Of a stretch of 64,000 bases of DNA, positions 37,777-51,281 are shown in pieces. The DNA is from Octopus sinensis. Taxonomy: Eukaryota. Under the pieces are notes generated by a model. The model was not told the DNA's origin, made no database searches, and saw nothing but the letters and a program-made list of their open reading frames with translations. The position numbers and the translations under genes are program-made. The stretch lies in contig NC_043009.1 of the NCBI RefSeq assembly GCF_006345805.1, forward strand, positions 35,154,001 to 35,218,000, in the 5' to 3' direction. Position 1 is the first letter of the stretch. Every line of letters starts with the position of its first letter.

Positions 37777-38914
37777 AAAAAAAGATTTGATTTAATAGAA
37801 AAGATGAGCATAAAAACAATAATTCTAAAGCCGAAAAAATTGTTTGAATTCTTCAGAGATGTAATTTTACAATTAAAATTAAATCCCGCTCTGCTTCATC
37901 CAGGCTGCGGTAGCACATTGATGGGTTTATTTGAACAAATTGATCACAGTAGTTCTTTTAAGCCTAGAACTTGTTCTAATAGTTTCTTTTGTCGAATCGC
38001 TGAGTTATGTTGACATAAGCACACAAACACCGATTGTCAAGCGGTGATGGTGATGGTGAGGCAAATATAACACAAACCCAGAGTCACATACATGCAAATA
38101 CATGCATAAGCACATATATACATACATACACACACGTATATAGAACCGGCTTCTTTTAGTTTCTCTGTACCAAATCTACTCACAAAGCTTTGAACATCCC
38201 GGGCCTATAGTAGGGTGCTGTACAGTGGGACTGAACTCCACACCACATCGTTGGAAAGCAAGGTTCTCTCCCTGCAGCTACGCTTGTTTACATTTGCATT
38301 TGTGCGTGTGTATTTTAATGTGTACATACTTTTCAGGCTCATCTACATATTTGTAAATATAAGAAATGTTTGCTTACATATAACTAATTAACCATGTGAT
38401 ATTGGTTTCAGTTTTTAGCATAAGCCCAGCTATTTGGTGGTGGGTGGTGGTGTAAGTCGATTACATCGACACCAGTGTTCAACTATGTGTGTGTGTACGT
38501 GCGCATTCGTCCGTGTATGTGTGTGGGTGTGGGCGTATGTGTATTGCACATTGGTTTAAAATCCAAGCTGCATCCACTTGAAGCGCAACTGTTTATTCCA
38601 GTATTCTAAATCTGTTGATGTTGTATTCTTGTGGGATATGCCTGAGACTTGGAAATTCTAGGAAATATTTGTAGCAGAGTATTGAATAAAGAAAAAAAGA
38701 TTTGATTGAATGGAAAAGGTGATCATAAATACAATAATTCTAAAGCCGAAAAATGGTTTGAGCTCTTCAGAGATGTAATATTATAATTAAAATTAAATTT
38801 CGCTCTGCCTCAACCAGGCTACAGCAATATATTGATGGCTTTATTTGAACAAATTGATCACAGTACTTCTTCTTTTAAGCCTAGAACTGGTTCTATTAGT
38901 TTCTTTTGTCGAAT
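37777..38914. repeat. Local direct duplication (~220 bp; 37777-37997 and 38692-38914)
   Basis: Collinear text AAAGATTTGATT...CAATAATTCTAAAGCCGAAAAA...TTTGAACAAATTGATCACAGTA...TTTTGTCGAAT; SINE B fragments (38025-38285) lie between. Confidence 0.85.
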
Positions 38915-39058
38915 ATCAAAATTGGGCATGGGAAAAATGTTTAGTATTATTATTCACTATCACACAATTTTCATTTGCTAATTGGAGCTACAAGACTGAT
39001 CATGTAAGAGCAACATATAAGATATCCCGTATTAAAAGTTCAGACAGATAATCAAACA

Positions 39059-40632
39059 ATATTATTACAAATTTGTACTCCTATTAACAAATGAATCATG
39101 TGCAATAGTGAATAAATAATACCAAATATTTTTCCAGATATATATACATCAACAATTCGGCTTGTCGTCATGTTTTCCTTGAAGCAATTATAACAAAAGA
39201 GTCTTTCATCCATCCCCATATGTAATCTATTATGGTAGGGTGAAGACTTCTAAATCATTTTTCAACAACTCCATTGGAGTTGTGTTTGAAGATATACAAA
39301 AATTCATTGATGGATGCTTTATCATGTGTTGCGCTTAGATGCATGTCAAAAGTTACGAACATGACCTCTGATACAATCATTGCTACAAAATGTTGAGGAA
39401 TTTAAAATATGATTTATTTAATATATGTATGCGTACTTATGTGAGTGTATGTGCGTGCGTGTGTGTGTGTGTGTTTCTGTGTGCATGTGTGATACATATA
39501 ATAAAATCAATACGTATAATACGTACTTTGAGGTTCAAAGACCTTTTTAAACCAAATCTATGCATCAATTCTGTTTCAATGATTCGATTCCAATAACATT
39601 TTGAAGAGAACATGAATAATTCAATTCCACAAAATATCCTACTAAAGGCGTAATGCAAGAGATGAAAAAGTACAGGATTAGTTTATGATAGAAGGAAAAA
39701 TTATATCAAAGAAAATATGTACATGTCACATGTTTTATGTGATTTTGTGAATATAATCCAAAATTGAAAAAGAAATATATAAGCATTTCTCGTAATCGAA
39801 AGGAAAGTGTTTTTCTTTTCAAGTTTTTTTTAAACAATATTTTCCTTCATAGTATTTACGTTATTCTTTCTAAAATATTTCTTGCTTATAATTTCTTTCG
39901 TAAATTTGATTTTATATTTTAAATTTTTGACAAAAAAATTCACTTTTCATCCATTATTCTCTCTTTCAATTTTCTCTAATGATATGTTACACTAATAGAT
40001 AAAAAATTCGAAATATTACAAGTCGCCACCATTCAGACTTTCGCCCCATCCTGTCACCGAAATAAATTGTTAATTTTTAGCTGAATTAGATTACACCCGC
40101 TCCACATTCTGTATATATATATATACATATGTTCCTAGACATCAATGTTACTAGCTCCTATTTCCTAGCGATAAAGGTTGAGTAGCTATATATATATATA
40201 TTATATATATATATATATATATATCAGAAGAAGAAAGTAGAAATGAATTTTCTATACAGAAGAAAAGTTAGCGCTCGTTAGAGCTAAAGTATGAAGCCCT
40301 TTGATATTTCATAAAAATTTAAAAAACTTTTTTTAAACTTACCATATAATCTCTTATGAAGGAAATGTATATACACGAGATGGGTACAACTAGTTCACCC
40401 ATTCTCAAATACCTTTCCTGAAACGGCCGTAGTATACATACGACTTCGATTTATAGAATTTTATGTATATTTGTGTGTATAAGTGTCTATGTGATAGTGT
40501 GGGCTTGTATGTATGTATAAGTAAGGTTATATTTGCACATATTATTACAAATGTGTAGCTCCTATTAACAAATGAATCATATGCAATAGTGAAAAAATAA
40601 TACCAAATATTTTTTACAGATGTATATCAACA
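39059..40632. repeat. Local direct duplication (~90 bp; 39059-39152 and 40539-40632)
   Basis: ATATTATTACAAAT...CTCCTATTAACAAATGAATCAT...AATACCAAATATTTTT occurs twice. Confidence 0.8.
40345..40436 (+). ncRNA. Decayed type I hammerhead-like motif with extended stem II
   Basis: CTTATGA (G5 to U) at 40353-40359; AGGAAA/TTTCCT stem; inner GAGATGGGT/ACCCATTCTC hairpin; GAAAC-GGCC-GTA at 40420-40431. Confidence 0.5.
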
Positions 40633-40717
40633 GATAAGCCATGTCTTCAAAAAGTGAATGTTTAAGTATTCATTTCTTTAGATACTCATTCATGTTTTAA
40701 TATTTATAATTTTGTAA

Positions 40718-40980
40718 GGCGGCGAGCTGGCAGAAATGTTAGCACGCAGGACGAAACGCTTCGTCGTATTTCGTCTGTCTTTACGTTCTGAGTTCAAATT
40801 CCGCCGAGGTCGACTTTGCCTTTCATTCTTTCGGATTGATGAATTAAGTACCAGTTGCATACTGAGGTCGATCTAATCGACATATCCCCTCCCCACAAAT
40901 TTCGGGCAGATTAAGTACCAGTTGCGTACCGGGGCCGATCTAATCGACTGGCCCCTTCCACCGCTTAGAGTAGAAAAGAA
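40718..40980 (+). mobile_element. SINE family A with partly duplicated tail
   Basis: GGCGGCGAGCTGGCAGAAATGTTAGCACG...; TTAAGTACCAGTTGC occurs twice. Confidence 0.85.
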
Positions 40981-41006
40981 TATTTATAACATTGTAATGC
41001 ATTGAC

Positions 41007-41411
41007 TCTCTCTTTTACTCTTTTAATTGTTTCAGTCATTTTGACTGCAGCCATGCTGGAGCACTGCTTTTAGTCGATCAAATCGACCCCGGGACATATT
41101 CTTTGTAAGCCCAGTACTTATTCTATCGGTCTCTTTTGCCGAACCGCTAGGTGACGGGGACATGAACACACCAGCATCGGTTGTCAAGCAATGCTAGGGG
41201 GACAAACACAGCAGACACACAAGCACACACACATATATACATATATACGACAGGCTTCTTTCAGTTTCCGTCTACCAAATCCACTCACAAGGCATTGGTC
41301 GGCCCGGGGCTATAGCAGAAGACACTTGCCCAAGATGCCACGCAGTGGGACTGAACCCGGGACCATGTGGTTGGTTAGCAAGCTACTTACCACACAGCCA
41401 CTCCTTCGCCT
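41007..41411 (-). mobile_element. tRNA-derived SINE family B, full length
   Basis: Collinear with 32370-32805; B box GGTTCAGTCCC. Confidence 0.9.
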
Positions 41412-41888
41412 ATACTGTGTACATTTGACATCCTACATTTTTATGTTTTAGTACTGATTGAAGCGATCTCATGCAAATATTTATTTTATATAATTTATAT
41501 TTTATGATTATATTTATTGTAGCGTGGAAGGTGTTTCTAAGCTATTTAAAAATACAAAAACCGTTACATTCAATTCCACATTTAAATTTAATTTGCCAAA
41601 ATATTTTCGTCGCTTTGACACCGCGACATGATCACTACCAAAATTCCGTGCTGCATCTCAGAAAGTAACAGTTAGTTCATGATGTATATGTACATATGTG
41701 CGTGTGTACGTATGTAGGTATGTATGTATGCATGTATGCATGTATGTACGTGAGTATTTAGGTAAGTGTGTTGTCGTGTCTGTGTGTGTACATGTGTATG
41801 CATATGTGAACGTGTGTTTATATACTGATATGTGTCTCTTAAAGTTGTATACTTGACTGTTACTTTGTTGAAGGTTGTACACACACAC

Positions 41889-41938
<50 letters not shown>

Positions 41939-43033
41939 TTGCGTTTGATGGCTGAAGCAACAAATTACTTGCGCTTCAGAAATTTATGTTGTGTTTCTCT
42001 CTGACTCTGTTCTTTTTCTTTAACACTGAACTAAAACCGGGTCTAGAGCTCCTTGTTTAACCGCTCTACGAGCGATGCGAGATGTGCTTCTGTAGTTAAT
42101 GCGAGTCCCGGAAGTCTTTCGATTGCTAATTACTTGTTTATGGGCCTAGGTCCTGTAGACAATTGCAGTGTCAGTCAAACTGATTGGTTTTTCAGACCAA
42201 GGTCCATAAAAGCGCAATTTGTTCTACGAAACCGGAAGGGATCCAAAGACAAAGTATGCTTTGTATTTCATTCCCTACTAAAATCATGCTTTCCAATAAC
42301 AGAGGCATTTTCGCTCTTTGCAGATTACAAGATTTCCCTCTTAACGTGACGAGCGCTATGTCCTGCCAAAAGTAAACACGTGATTTTGTCCAGGAAGACT
42401 TTTCGAGTATTCGCAGCTAACCCGCATATCTACAGGCCATTATCCTCTCCACAAACTGGGGACCCGTGAGGTGGGGGTTTTCATCATCACATCATTAATA
42501 CATCAGGCAAAGACAAAACTTCAGAATATGATGTGTTTGCTGAAATTCCAAGAAAAACCGATGGGGAGCCTACAATACATAAATAGTAGCAACAAATTCC
42601 ATCAACAAATTAGCGTAAAAAGTGTATATGACATTAAATATTTTGAAGAGTATTTGGTGTCAGACAGGAAAAAAGACTAGAAGATATATATTTGATTAAA
42701 AATATAAGCTATAAATGACAGCGGTATTATTTATTTACGAGTCTAGGCAAGGAAATCAATTATGGTGGTAGATATCATTAAGAAGTAATTAAGTATAATA
42801 AGATTAGAAAAGAAGTTGAAATAGTGTGTCACGTCTATACATATCAAAATACAATTGCACGTGTGTGTATTATACATAATGTATGGTTGTAGGTATGTAT
42901 GCATGTATTTATATGTGTGTGAGAGTTTGCGCGTGTGTGTATAGGTATATGTATGTGTATATATATATTTATATATTTGCATATTTATGAATGGTTTACG
43001 CATGGATGTATGTTAATATGCATGTATATGTAA

Positions 43034-43097
<64 letters not shown>

Positions 43098-43929
43098 TAT
43101 ATGTGTATGTGTGTGCGTGTGTGCATTTGTGCATATATATGTATGTATTTACGTATGTATGCGAGTATCATATACTACAAGTGTGATAATGGTTTGCTTC
43201 TTCAGCAACCACACTTTGTATAGTTAAACTATAAGCGTAATATAATGTTTCGTTTCGACCAACGATAATCGGATAATTTGAAATGTAAACGTCTCATGTG
43301 ACAATATTGTGGGTGAATATTTGCTTGAAGTTCCTATCATCTTTGCACTAGCTACTGCAAGAAACAAATTAGCTGTGTATGCGTTCTAGTGAAAGTCTGT
43401 TTTGCTTAGAAAAAATTGTCACGAATTCTTGTATAAAGATTTATACAAAGATTTGTTTTTCTGCATGGCAAACGAGTCTACTCTTCGTCGAGCTAGCATT
43501 CTGACGTGTGGCAATCTACGTAAATGTAAGGAGTTAGAATTTTGTCTGATTGAGGCGTAAGTTCTCTAAGGCTTAAACAAGACAATTCTTCTGAGGAGTC
43601 AATGTTTTAGTTTGAAAATTAAAATTAAAACAGAATTTTGTTCTCGTTCAGATAACACTTTACATTTAGGGATAGAATCCCCTTTATATCACTCCGCGTT
43701 TTTAGTTTAAAAGAGCTAAGGTTTTACCGTAAAGTCAGTTGATTGGAATCTCATGAACTTGTTCAACATTTTCATAAAATAAAGACTTTTGATTAATCGT
43801 GTTCCTATTTCATTTTACCTCTAATTCTTCTGTAACTAAAAAAGATATTCCTTAAATTTAAGTCACAAATGAATAACAAATACTTTTGCACTTAAATATT
43901 TTCCTAATATTCTATAAAAATATTCTTAT

Positions 43930-44740
43930 CTACTCTAGGCACAAGGCCCGATATTTTAGGGAGGGGAGCAGTCGATTAGACTGGTACTTAATTTATCGAC
44001 CCCGAAAGGATGAAAGGAAAAGTCGACCTCGGTGGTATTTGGATTCAGAACAAAATACTGCGAAGTGTTTCGCCCTGCGTGCTAACGTTTCATATTTCTT
44101 TATTGCCCACATATGGCTAAACAAAGAAGGGAGAAGCACGGACAGACAAAGGAATTAAGTCGAATACAACGACCCCACTGCATGACTGGTACTTAATTTA
44201 TCAACCCCGAAAGGATGAAAGGCAAAGTCGACCTCGGTGGAATTTGAACTCAGAACGTAACGGCAGACGAAATATCTATTTCTTTACTACCCACAGGGGG
44301 TAAACACAGATAGGGCAAACAAGGACAGACAAACGGATTAAGTCAATTACATCGACTCCAGTGCGTAATTGGTACTTATTTAATCGACCCCGAAATGATG
44401 ATAGGCAAAGTCGACCTCGGCGGAATTTGAACTCAGAGGATAACGGCAGACGAAATACCGCTAAGAATTTCGCCCGGCGTGCTAAAGTTTTTGCCAGCTC
44501 GCCTTTTTATTCTATAATAAGTATTCCTTTCTAATGTAGGCACAAGGCCTGAAATTTTTTGAGAAGGGGCCAGTCGATTAGATCGACCCCAGTTGGCAAC
44601 TGGTATTTAATTTATCGATCTCGAAAGGATGAAAGACACAGTCGACCTCGGTGGAATATGAACTCAGAACGTAAAGACAGACGAAATACTGCTAAGCATT
44701 TCGCCCGGCGCGATAACGCTTCTGCCAGCTCGCCGCCTGT
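43930..44740 (-). mobile_element. Cluster of four SINE family A units
   Basis: Core AAAGTCGACCTCGG recurs near 44020, 44225, 44407 and 44640. Confidence 0.9.
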
Positions 44741-45959
44741 TCTATAAAAAATATCAAAACAACGTAATCAAGAATCCTCGCAAATGTAATACTTACTTTT
44801 ATGAAGAATGGTTGTTGTATGTCTTGATTTTGTGGTGGGAATCATATACCAGAAACATTTATAGAAACACGCGGTTTAGTCATAAGGATAGAAAAACATT
44901 CTTGACTTTCTGAAAAGTACTTAGAAGTTATTGCCTTGTGTATTAGTAATATTTAAATTTAAATGTTCAGACATTAACTACTTTGGACAATCGTGTCTCT
45001 GTGACCACGATAAAAGAAGCGGAAATTGCACTTATTAAATGATATTTATATGATCAACACTGAAATTATGAAATTAAAACGCACCACCTGCAGTAATGCT
45101 ATTCATAATGAACTGATAACTAAATACACTTAGGTATTTTGTTAGCTTCACTACCGACGCATAATTGATCAAACTCATAATTAAAATAAATTTGGCACAA
45201 AGCTACAAATTTGGGTTAAGAATATAATCGATTAAATCGACCCAAGTAATTGATTTGTGATTCTCTGGGAGGATGTATAGAAACAAACTCGCAGCTGGCT
45301 GGATTTGAACTCAAGATATAACAGAATGCACCGAAATACATCACTGTATTTGTACCAGTTCTGTCAGTCAACAACCTCTTCCATTTAAACTTGATTCAAA
45401 ACATTAACCGCAATAAATAGTCGCAACAGCAACAACAACAACAACAACAACAACAACAAACTACCGGAAGATTTAAAATTAGAAGAGTAAGATGAGGAGT
45501 GTAATAAACTAATTAGCCAGAATCATTTTATTAAAATATGTCATGATATTCTATACGAAGCGAAACACTATTACTTGTATTCGCTGATAATGCATTTTAC
45601 TTTTTTCAAAATGGTTAACATTTGCTGGTTAAAATTTGAAACAATGGGATTAATTAAATAGCTGCCAACGCCATATTACAGTTTTACTTCTTTGCTTTCA
45701 ATTTATTGCTTTTTTATTAAAGATATTGACAATAATATTGGTAATATAATAAATGATTGCGAAAGGTCAATTTGAAGGGGAGGACAATATGGCGTCAGGG
45801 TTTTTATTTATTTATTTATTTATTCATTCCTTCATTCCATCGAATAAACCGTTTAAAGCAGAAGTTAAGCAAAGACTGCTTCATACTCTAGTTTTCATTC
45901 TTTAGATATACACAGACGTTTATAAATAGAAGCACAGTCTCACACATATGCATATAAAT

Positions 45960-46552
45960 GTGCCCCACCATTTTGGGGGAAAGGGCCACTCACTTAGCTC
46001 GACTACAGTACGTAACTAGTTCTTAATTTATCGAACTCGAAAGGATGAAAGGTAAAGTCGACCTCAGTGGAATATGAACTCAGAACGTAAAGACAGACGA
46101 AATACTGCTAAGCATTTAGCCCAGCGTGCTAACGTTTCTGCCAGCTCGCCGCCTATTCTATAAAAATATTATCAAAACAATGTAATCAAGAATCCTCGCG
46201 AATGTAATACTTACTTTTATGAAGAATGGTTGTTAAAATGGATCTTATTTACAGCAGGGAAAAAATAAGTACTACTTACGTACAGGGGTCAATGTAATCG
46301 ACTAGCCACCTTCCCCAAAATTTCATGCCTTGTGCTTCCAGTAGAAAGGAATATTATTGTTATTATTACAAAGGTGGCTAGCTGGCAGATTCGATAGAAC
46401 GCCAGGAAAAAATGCTTAGCAGCATTTTTTTAGTCTTTATATTCTGACTTCGTCTTTACCTCTATACATTTCGGAGTATATGAAATAAGCACCAGTTACG
46501 CACTGGAGTCAATGTAATCACAATTTCAGGCTTTGTTCCTATAGGAGAAAGA

Positions 46553-46555
<3 letters not shown>
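45960..46555. mobile_element. Oppositely oriented SINE family A copies (45960-46155 minus; 46370-46555 plus)
   Basis: The family core is present in both orientations. Confidence 0.75.
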
Positions 46556-46598
<43 letters not shown>

Positions 46599-46627
46599 TT
46601 ATTATTATTATTATTGTTATTATTATT

Positions 46628-46755
46628 CAGTAGTTTTATTTTTATAGTGTGCTTTCACTTCACTACCGAGCGCAGCTCTGTGTGCCTTGGGTATGTGCTG
46701 TGATTTGTTGTGATGCTCTGATGGTTATTGTATGGAAAGTGTTCTGCGTAGGATG
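46628..46755 (-). mobile_element. 3'-terminal fragment of a second R4/Dong-like subfamily
   Basis: Minus strand ILRRTLSIQ* (compare ILRKILSM* at 14960) plus a short UTR running into (AAT)n at 46597-46627. Confidence 0.6.
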
Positions 46756-47194
46756 AAAAAAGATTCTATATAGGGGCAGGAAAATTGTTTAATCGTTAGG
46801 GTTACTATAGGTGTTAGTCCGGTCATAACAGCGGTATTTGTGGGTCTCATAGATCTGGAGGCCAAGCCCTCAGATAAACACCAATACGCAGGCTGTTGTT
46901 ATCAATCTGAGCGTGGGTCGAGGGCGAAGTCACAACACGACGGAATAGCAATTATTTTGTCTTGGTTTTCACTACTTATACTAAACACATGACATATTTG
47001 CCTTACGATATGGAACACTCTTTTTTAAAAATGGCCCTCACCCGGCTACGACGGCGATGTTCCTGTGCATCTGGTCAACGGAACAGTCTGCTCGTAAAAT
47101 TAACGCGCAAGTGACTGGGTACTCCACAGACATGCATACCTTTAACGAAGTTCTCAGGGAGATTTAGCCTCACACAGACAAGGCTAGCCCATTT

Positions 47195-48322
47195 GCTAGC
47201 CTTGTCTGCATGCCGTGGCAGATGATGCGTAGACATGTGCTGAGGCTGCGACATCTCCAGCGATAATTAACGGTGAGCAAGTGTCGTCGCCGTTTGTTGA
47301 ATGCGGTTTGCTGCAGCTCGTTTCCTTGACGGAGCTACAGTCCTGGATCAAGCGTATACCGAAGCAAGGCGCTTAGCACGTAGAGTGTCTCTCATTGCGC
47401 ACAGCCCTTGGTCAGTCGGGCAGTGCTGTCGGTAGAAGTTCCATCTTGGAGTTCTATAAAGGATTAGTGGAGAACAAGAGTGATGACGTACTTGGAGAGG
47501 TCCTGGGCGTCGAGGAGTATCAATTGGCTGGTCTCATCCGGAAGATTTTCGGACTGGGAACTATGGATAATTTCCAGAAATACCTGGTCTGGTAGTGCTA
47601 GCGGGGGTGGGGGTTCCGGTTCGAGATAAGCTCTCCAAATACGGGTATGCTGTCAGTCGGGCTTGATTGAAATACACGCGCAGCGATGAAACTGTTCTTC
47701 ATGCTCTTGTACAGTGTCCGCGCATTGCTGACTTATGGAACTTTGTCGAACAGTTATTGTCACGTGTAAGACGGATCCGGCTCTCGTCCAAGTCCTTTGT
47801 GAAGATTGCCCCACTTCCTCCCTTTGGTCGGAAAGCTTGGGAAATTTTTCTGGGTCTGGTGGTTATGGCAAAAGAGTTTATATGGTGGACGCGATTGAAA
47901 GGGTTGAAAATGGGTATCTTCCCCATTTTCCAAGGTCTCAATAACTTTTTCAGGTTCCACTTGAAAAGGCAAGTGAGGGCGGAGAGGGTGGTACTATTAC
48001 CCAGTAAATTCGTTGAAAGGTGAGTGAATGTGACAAAAATGGCCCGCGTGAATGGGCCTTCTCTAAATATGCACCTGTACGCCGGATGGAAAGGAAAAGA
48101 GATGGTGCCTCCCGAGGGGCCGTTGGTGTTCATGGGTCCAAATGGCGTGAGGTTTCTTTGGTCACCTTACGGTGAACTCTTACTCATTGGGAAAGGTCAT
48201 ATTTGATTTAATATCTTTGTTAATCGTTGTGATTGTTGGCTGTTTACACGTTTAACTTCACTGTCCCTCGTCTGTGTATCGTCCTCTATATTTTGTGTTC
48301 GGCCCTGGTGGCTAATAAAGAA
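47195..48322 (+). mobile_element. Tx1/L1-clade LINE 3' fragment
   Basis: MDNFQKYLVW, PVRDKL, DETVLHALVQCP (zf-RVT/CCHC-like), ORF 47667-48023, AATAAA at 48314-48319, then an (ATT)n tail. Confidence 0.8.
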
Positions 48323-48414
<92 letters not shown>

Positions 48415-48790
48415 ATTTTGTGGTTTTGGTGGTCGTATGTGGAGTAAAAGTAGTATCAAACCACTGCCAATCTTATCGCTATTCCTCTGCTAATATTGCA
48501 AAAGCAAAAGGAAAAATGCACCATTCTCCTCTACGCCCCCACCCCTGTTTCTGCTCCATGTGGTTTTGTAGACAAGTGGAGTTGGTAAGAAAATTACTTC
48601 TTTTTTATAGTCTTTTTTTACCCAGAATTTGTGTAATTTGACTTCCTTTACAAAATTAGATCAAGAAAAGATGTAATATGTCGTCGGATATTAGTTAGTG
48701 GAGAATATTTACTAATAATTAGTATTGCCAACAATAATCTCCTATTGCATTATTGCAGTTTAATATCATTCCGAATAAAATACAACGTCT

Positions 48791-48842
<52 letters not shown>

Positions 48843-49015
48843 TACGTAAACGTGCGTATACGCCTATACTTATGTATGTATATGTGTATGTATATATGTA
48901 TATATACAGGTATATGGATAAACATATTTATATACATACACACATACACACACATACACACATACATACATATACACATACACACATACACACACACATA
49001 CATACATACACACAT

Positions 49016-49066
<51 letters not shown>

Positions 49067-49381
49067 CGTATATATATAGGTCCCAATAACTTTATAAATT
49101 TAACCGTTAAAGATACCTTTTAATATGCTGGCCTTTGATAAAATTTTCTTCGAGAAAATATTTTTTTTCGGAAAGAATTTTATCCTCACATTTGAAATAA
49201 ATTTAAGCGTTCACTTCCGAACTAACTCACTCTGTGAGAGCCCCAGTTCAAATCGCACGTGTCTCGAATGTGCTGGAGTATTTCTATTTTGGGTGTATTT
49301 GGGGTACTTAGTTGTGCCCGTGACTTAGTATTTGCTTCTTCTATGGGTATGAGTAAGTATTCATTTATTTCTTTTGCCACA

Positions 49382-49438
49382 TGTATCACTGACGAAGAGA
49401 GGGCTCTTAGTAGCTAACTCTGAAATCGGTCCGATATA
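49382..49438 (+). ncRNA. Type I hammerhead-like motif, partly decayed
   Basis: TGTATCA-CTGACGA-AGAG...CTCT-GAAAT-CG-GTC-CGATATA; stem I has 6 of 7 pairs. Confidence 0.6.
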
Positions 49439-49588
49439 GTAATAATGGAATTTTTTAGAAATTTCTGTCTACCTTTTTTCGAGTTGCGTGCGTATTGTGA
49501 AAAAATGATATGGTTAATGGACAATATGTCCAATTTTTCGGCATATTTGGCATTAGAATTATTTTCCTTTGCCCTCATTTATGAATTA

Positions 49589-49637
<49 letters not shown>

Positions 49638-49640
<3 letters not shown>

Positions 49641-49822
49641 CGAAACTCGAGTCCGTGTGTATCATGAGTTGAAGACGGGAAGGATGACTTCCCTTTGCAA
49701 ATACTGACAGGACACAGAAAGTGTGTCTATGGCCAGCTGGAGAGTGTGTCTTCCTGGGGCTAAAAACTACAGTAGCATCCACCCTTAGGGGTAGCCATAT
49801 TGAAATGGCAAATATACGTCAC
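49638..49822 (+). mobile_element. Second, truncated copy of the HHR-bearing family at 20012-20660
   Basis: CCTC-GAAAC-TCGA-GTC-CGTGTGTATCA then ~165 bp collinear with the minus strand of 20058-20235. Confidence 0.85.
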
Positions 49823-49911
<89 letters not shown>

Positions 49912-51281
49912 CATATATATACATATATATGTTAAATAAAATGAGACAACAAAACCAAGGCTGTGTGGAGTTTTCAGGACATTTATAATGAGAAATTTAG
50001 ACTTGCAGCTGATTATGGGATATTAGGGTTATCGCTTCATCAGACGAAAATATTAGAGTTGAATATAGGAGTTATTTTGCGAAAGGAACCAAGTCACTGC
50101 GTTATTTTCCGTACAACTCAAAGTAAGGTGAATAAAATCAAAATAAGCAACAGGATATCAAGAAGTGATGCAGTACGATCGTTTCAAGCGGCTCTATTTA
50201 ATTAAACAAGGCAATCGTTACATCAATTCAAATGCAGGGCTATCCTCAGCTGCATAAATAAATATAATTTTTAATCAGTTTTCCACCTTAATATAATTAA
50301 GAACAAGAAGTGGGAAAGAGTCCATGTTGCTATTAATGTAGCTAAGAACATACTACACTTCTAAGAACAAGCGTCATAGCTTGTAAAGGAATTGATTCCT
50401 TTTTTAATTTATTAGTCTTTTTTTTATCAACTACTAAATCTAAGACTTGAGGAGGGTGTCTATTTTGAATGAAGAGCAAGAGTGAGTTGATAATTTACAG
50501 TTGGGTTAGGGTTATAAATATTGTCAGGATTTTAGGATTTGTACAAGTAACTGTCTATAAAGGCGGCTAGTTAGGGAAAGACTGCAAATCAATATGTTAA
50601 TTACCACTTAAAAGGGCAAGACGCTAATAAAACCTGTGGTGTTAATACAGAGGAAATTATCATGGGGTACTATAGATGATTGTATATAAACAATATTGTT
50701 ACGTTGTATGAAAATAAAATTGAAGATTACTAAAAATGTTATAACCAGAATAGATAAAACGTGTATATATACCAGTTTTCAACATTAGAAAAGGAAGACT
50801 ACATAGAATTAGTTCAATATTCATACCTATACTTAATTATTTACTTTTTATGTGGTTTCTATAAAGATTGCTCCGGGTATTTACTTATGGAATATTGGGG
50901 CGATAAATCATGCTTTCTTTATATTAGTGATAAGCTAAGAATCCGAAAAAAATCGGAAAAAATAAGTTGTGCACAGATACATGCACATATTTAACACATG
51001 CAAATATACACAAATATTTTTACTTTATTATGAACATGTTATAATCAACTCTCATAGACTTAAGTATCTAGAAAGCTTATATCTCTCTTTAAGAATATTA
51101 ATAACTTATAAGATATAAGCGGTTAGTAGGTAAAGGTATCAAATAGAACAAAATAGATTATAGAGAATAGTAATAAAACATATATAACTTATTATATAGA
51201 AAACTAGTGGGTACGTCCACATCAGATACAACACTAAAGATTATTTTCCTTATCCAGGTTCAAGTGTAGCACCTTCAAACG

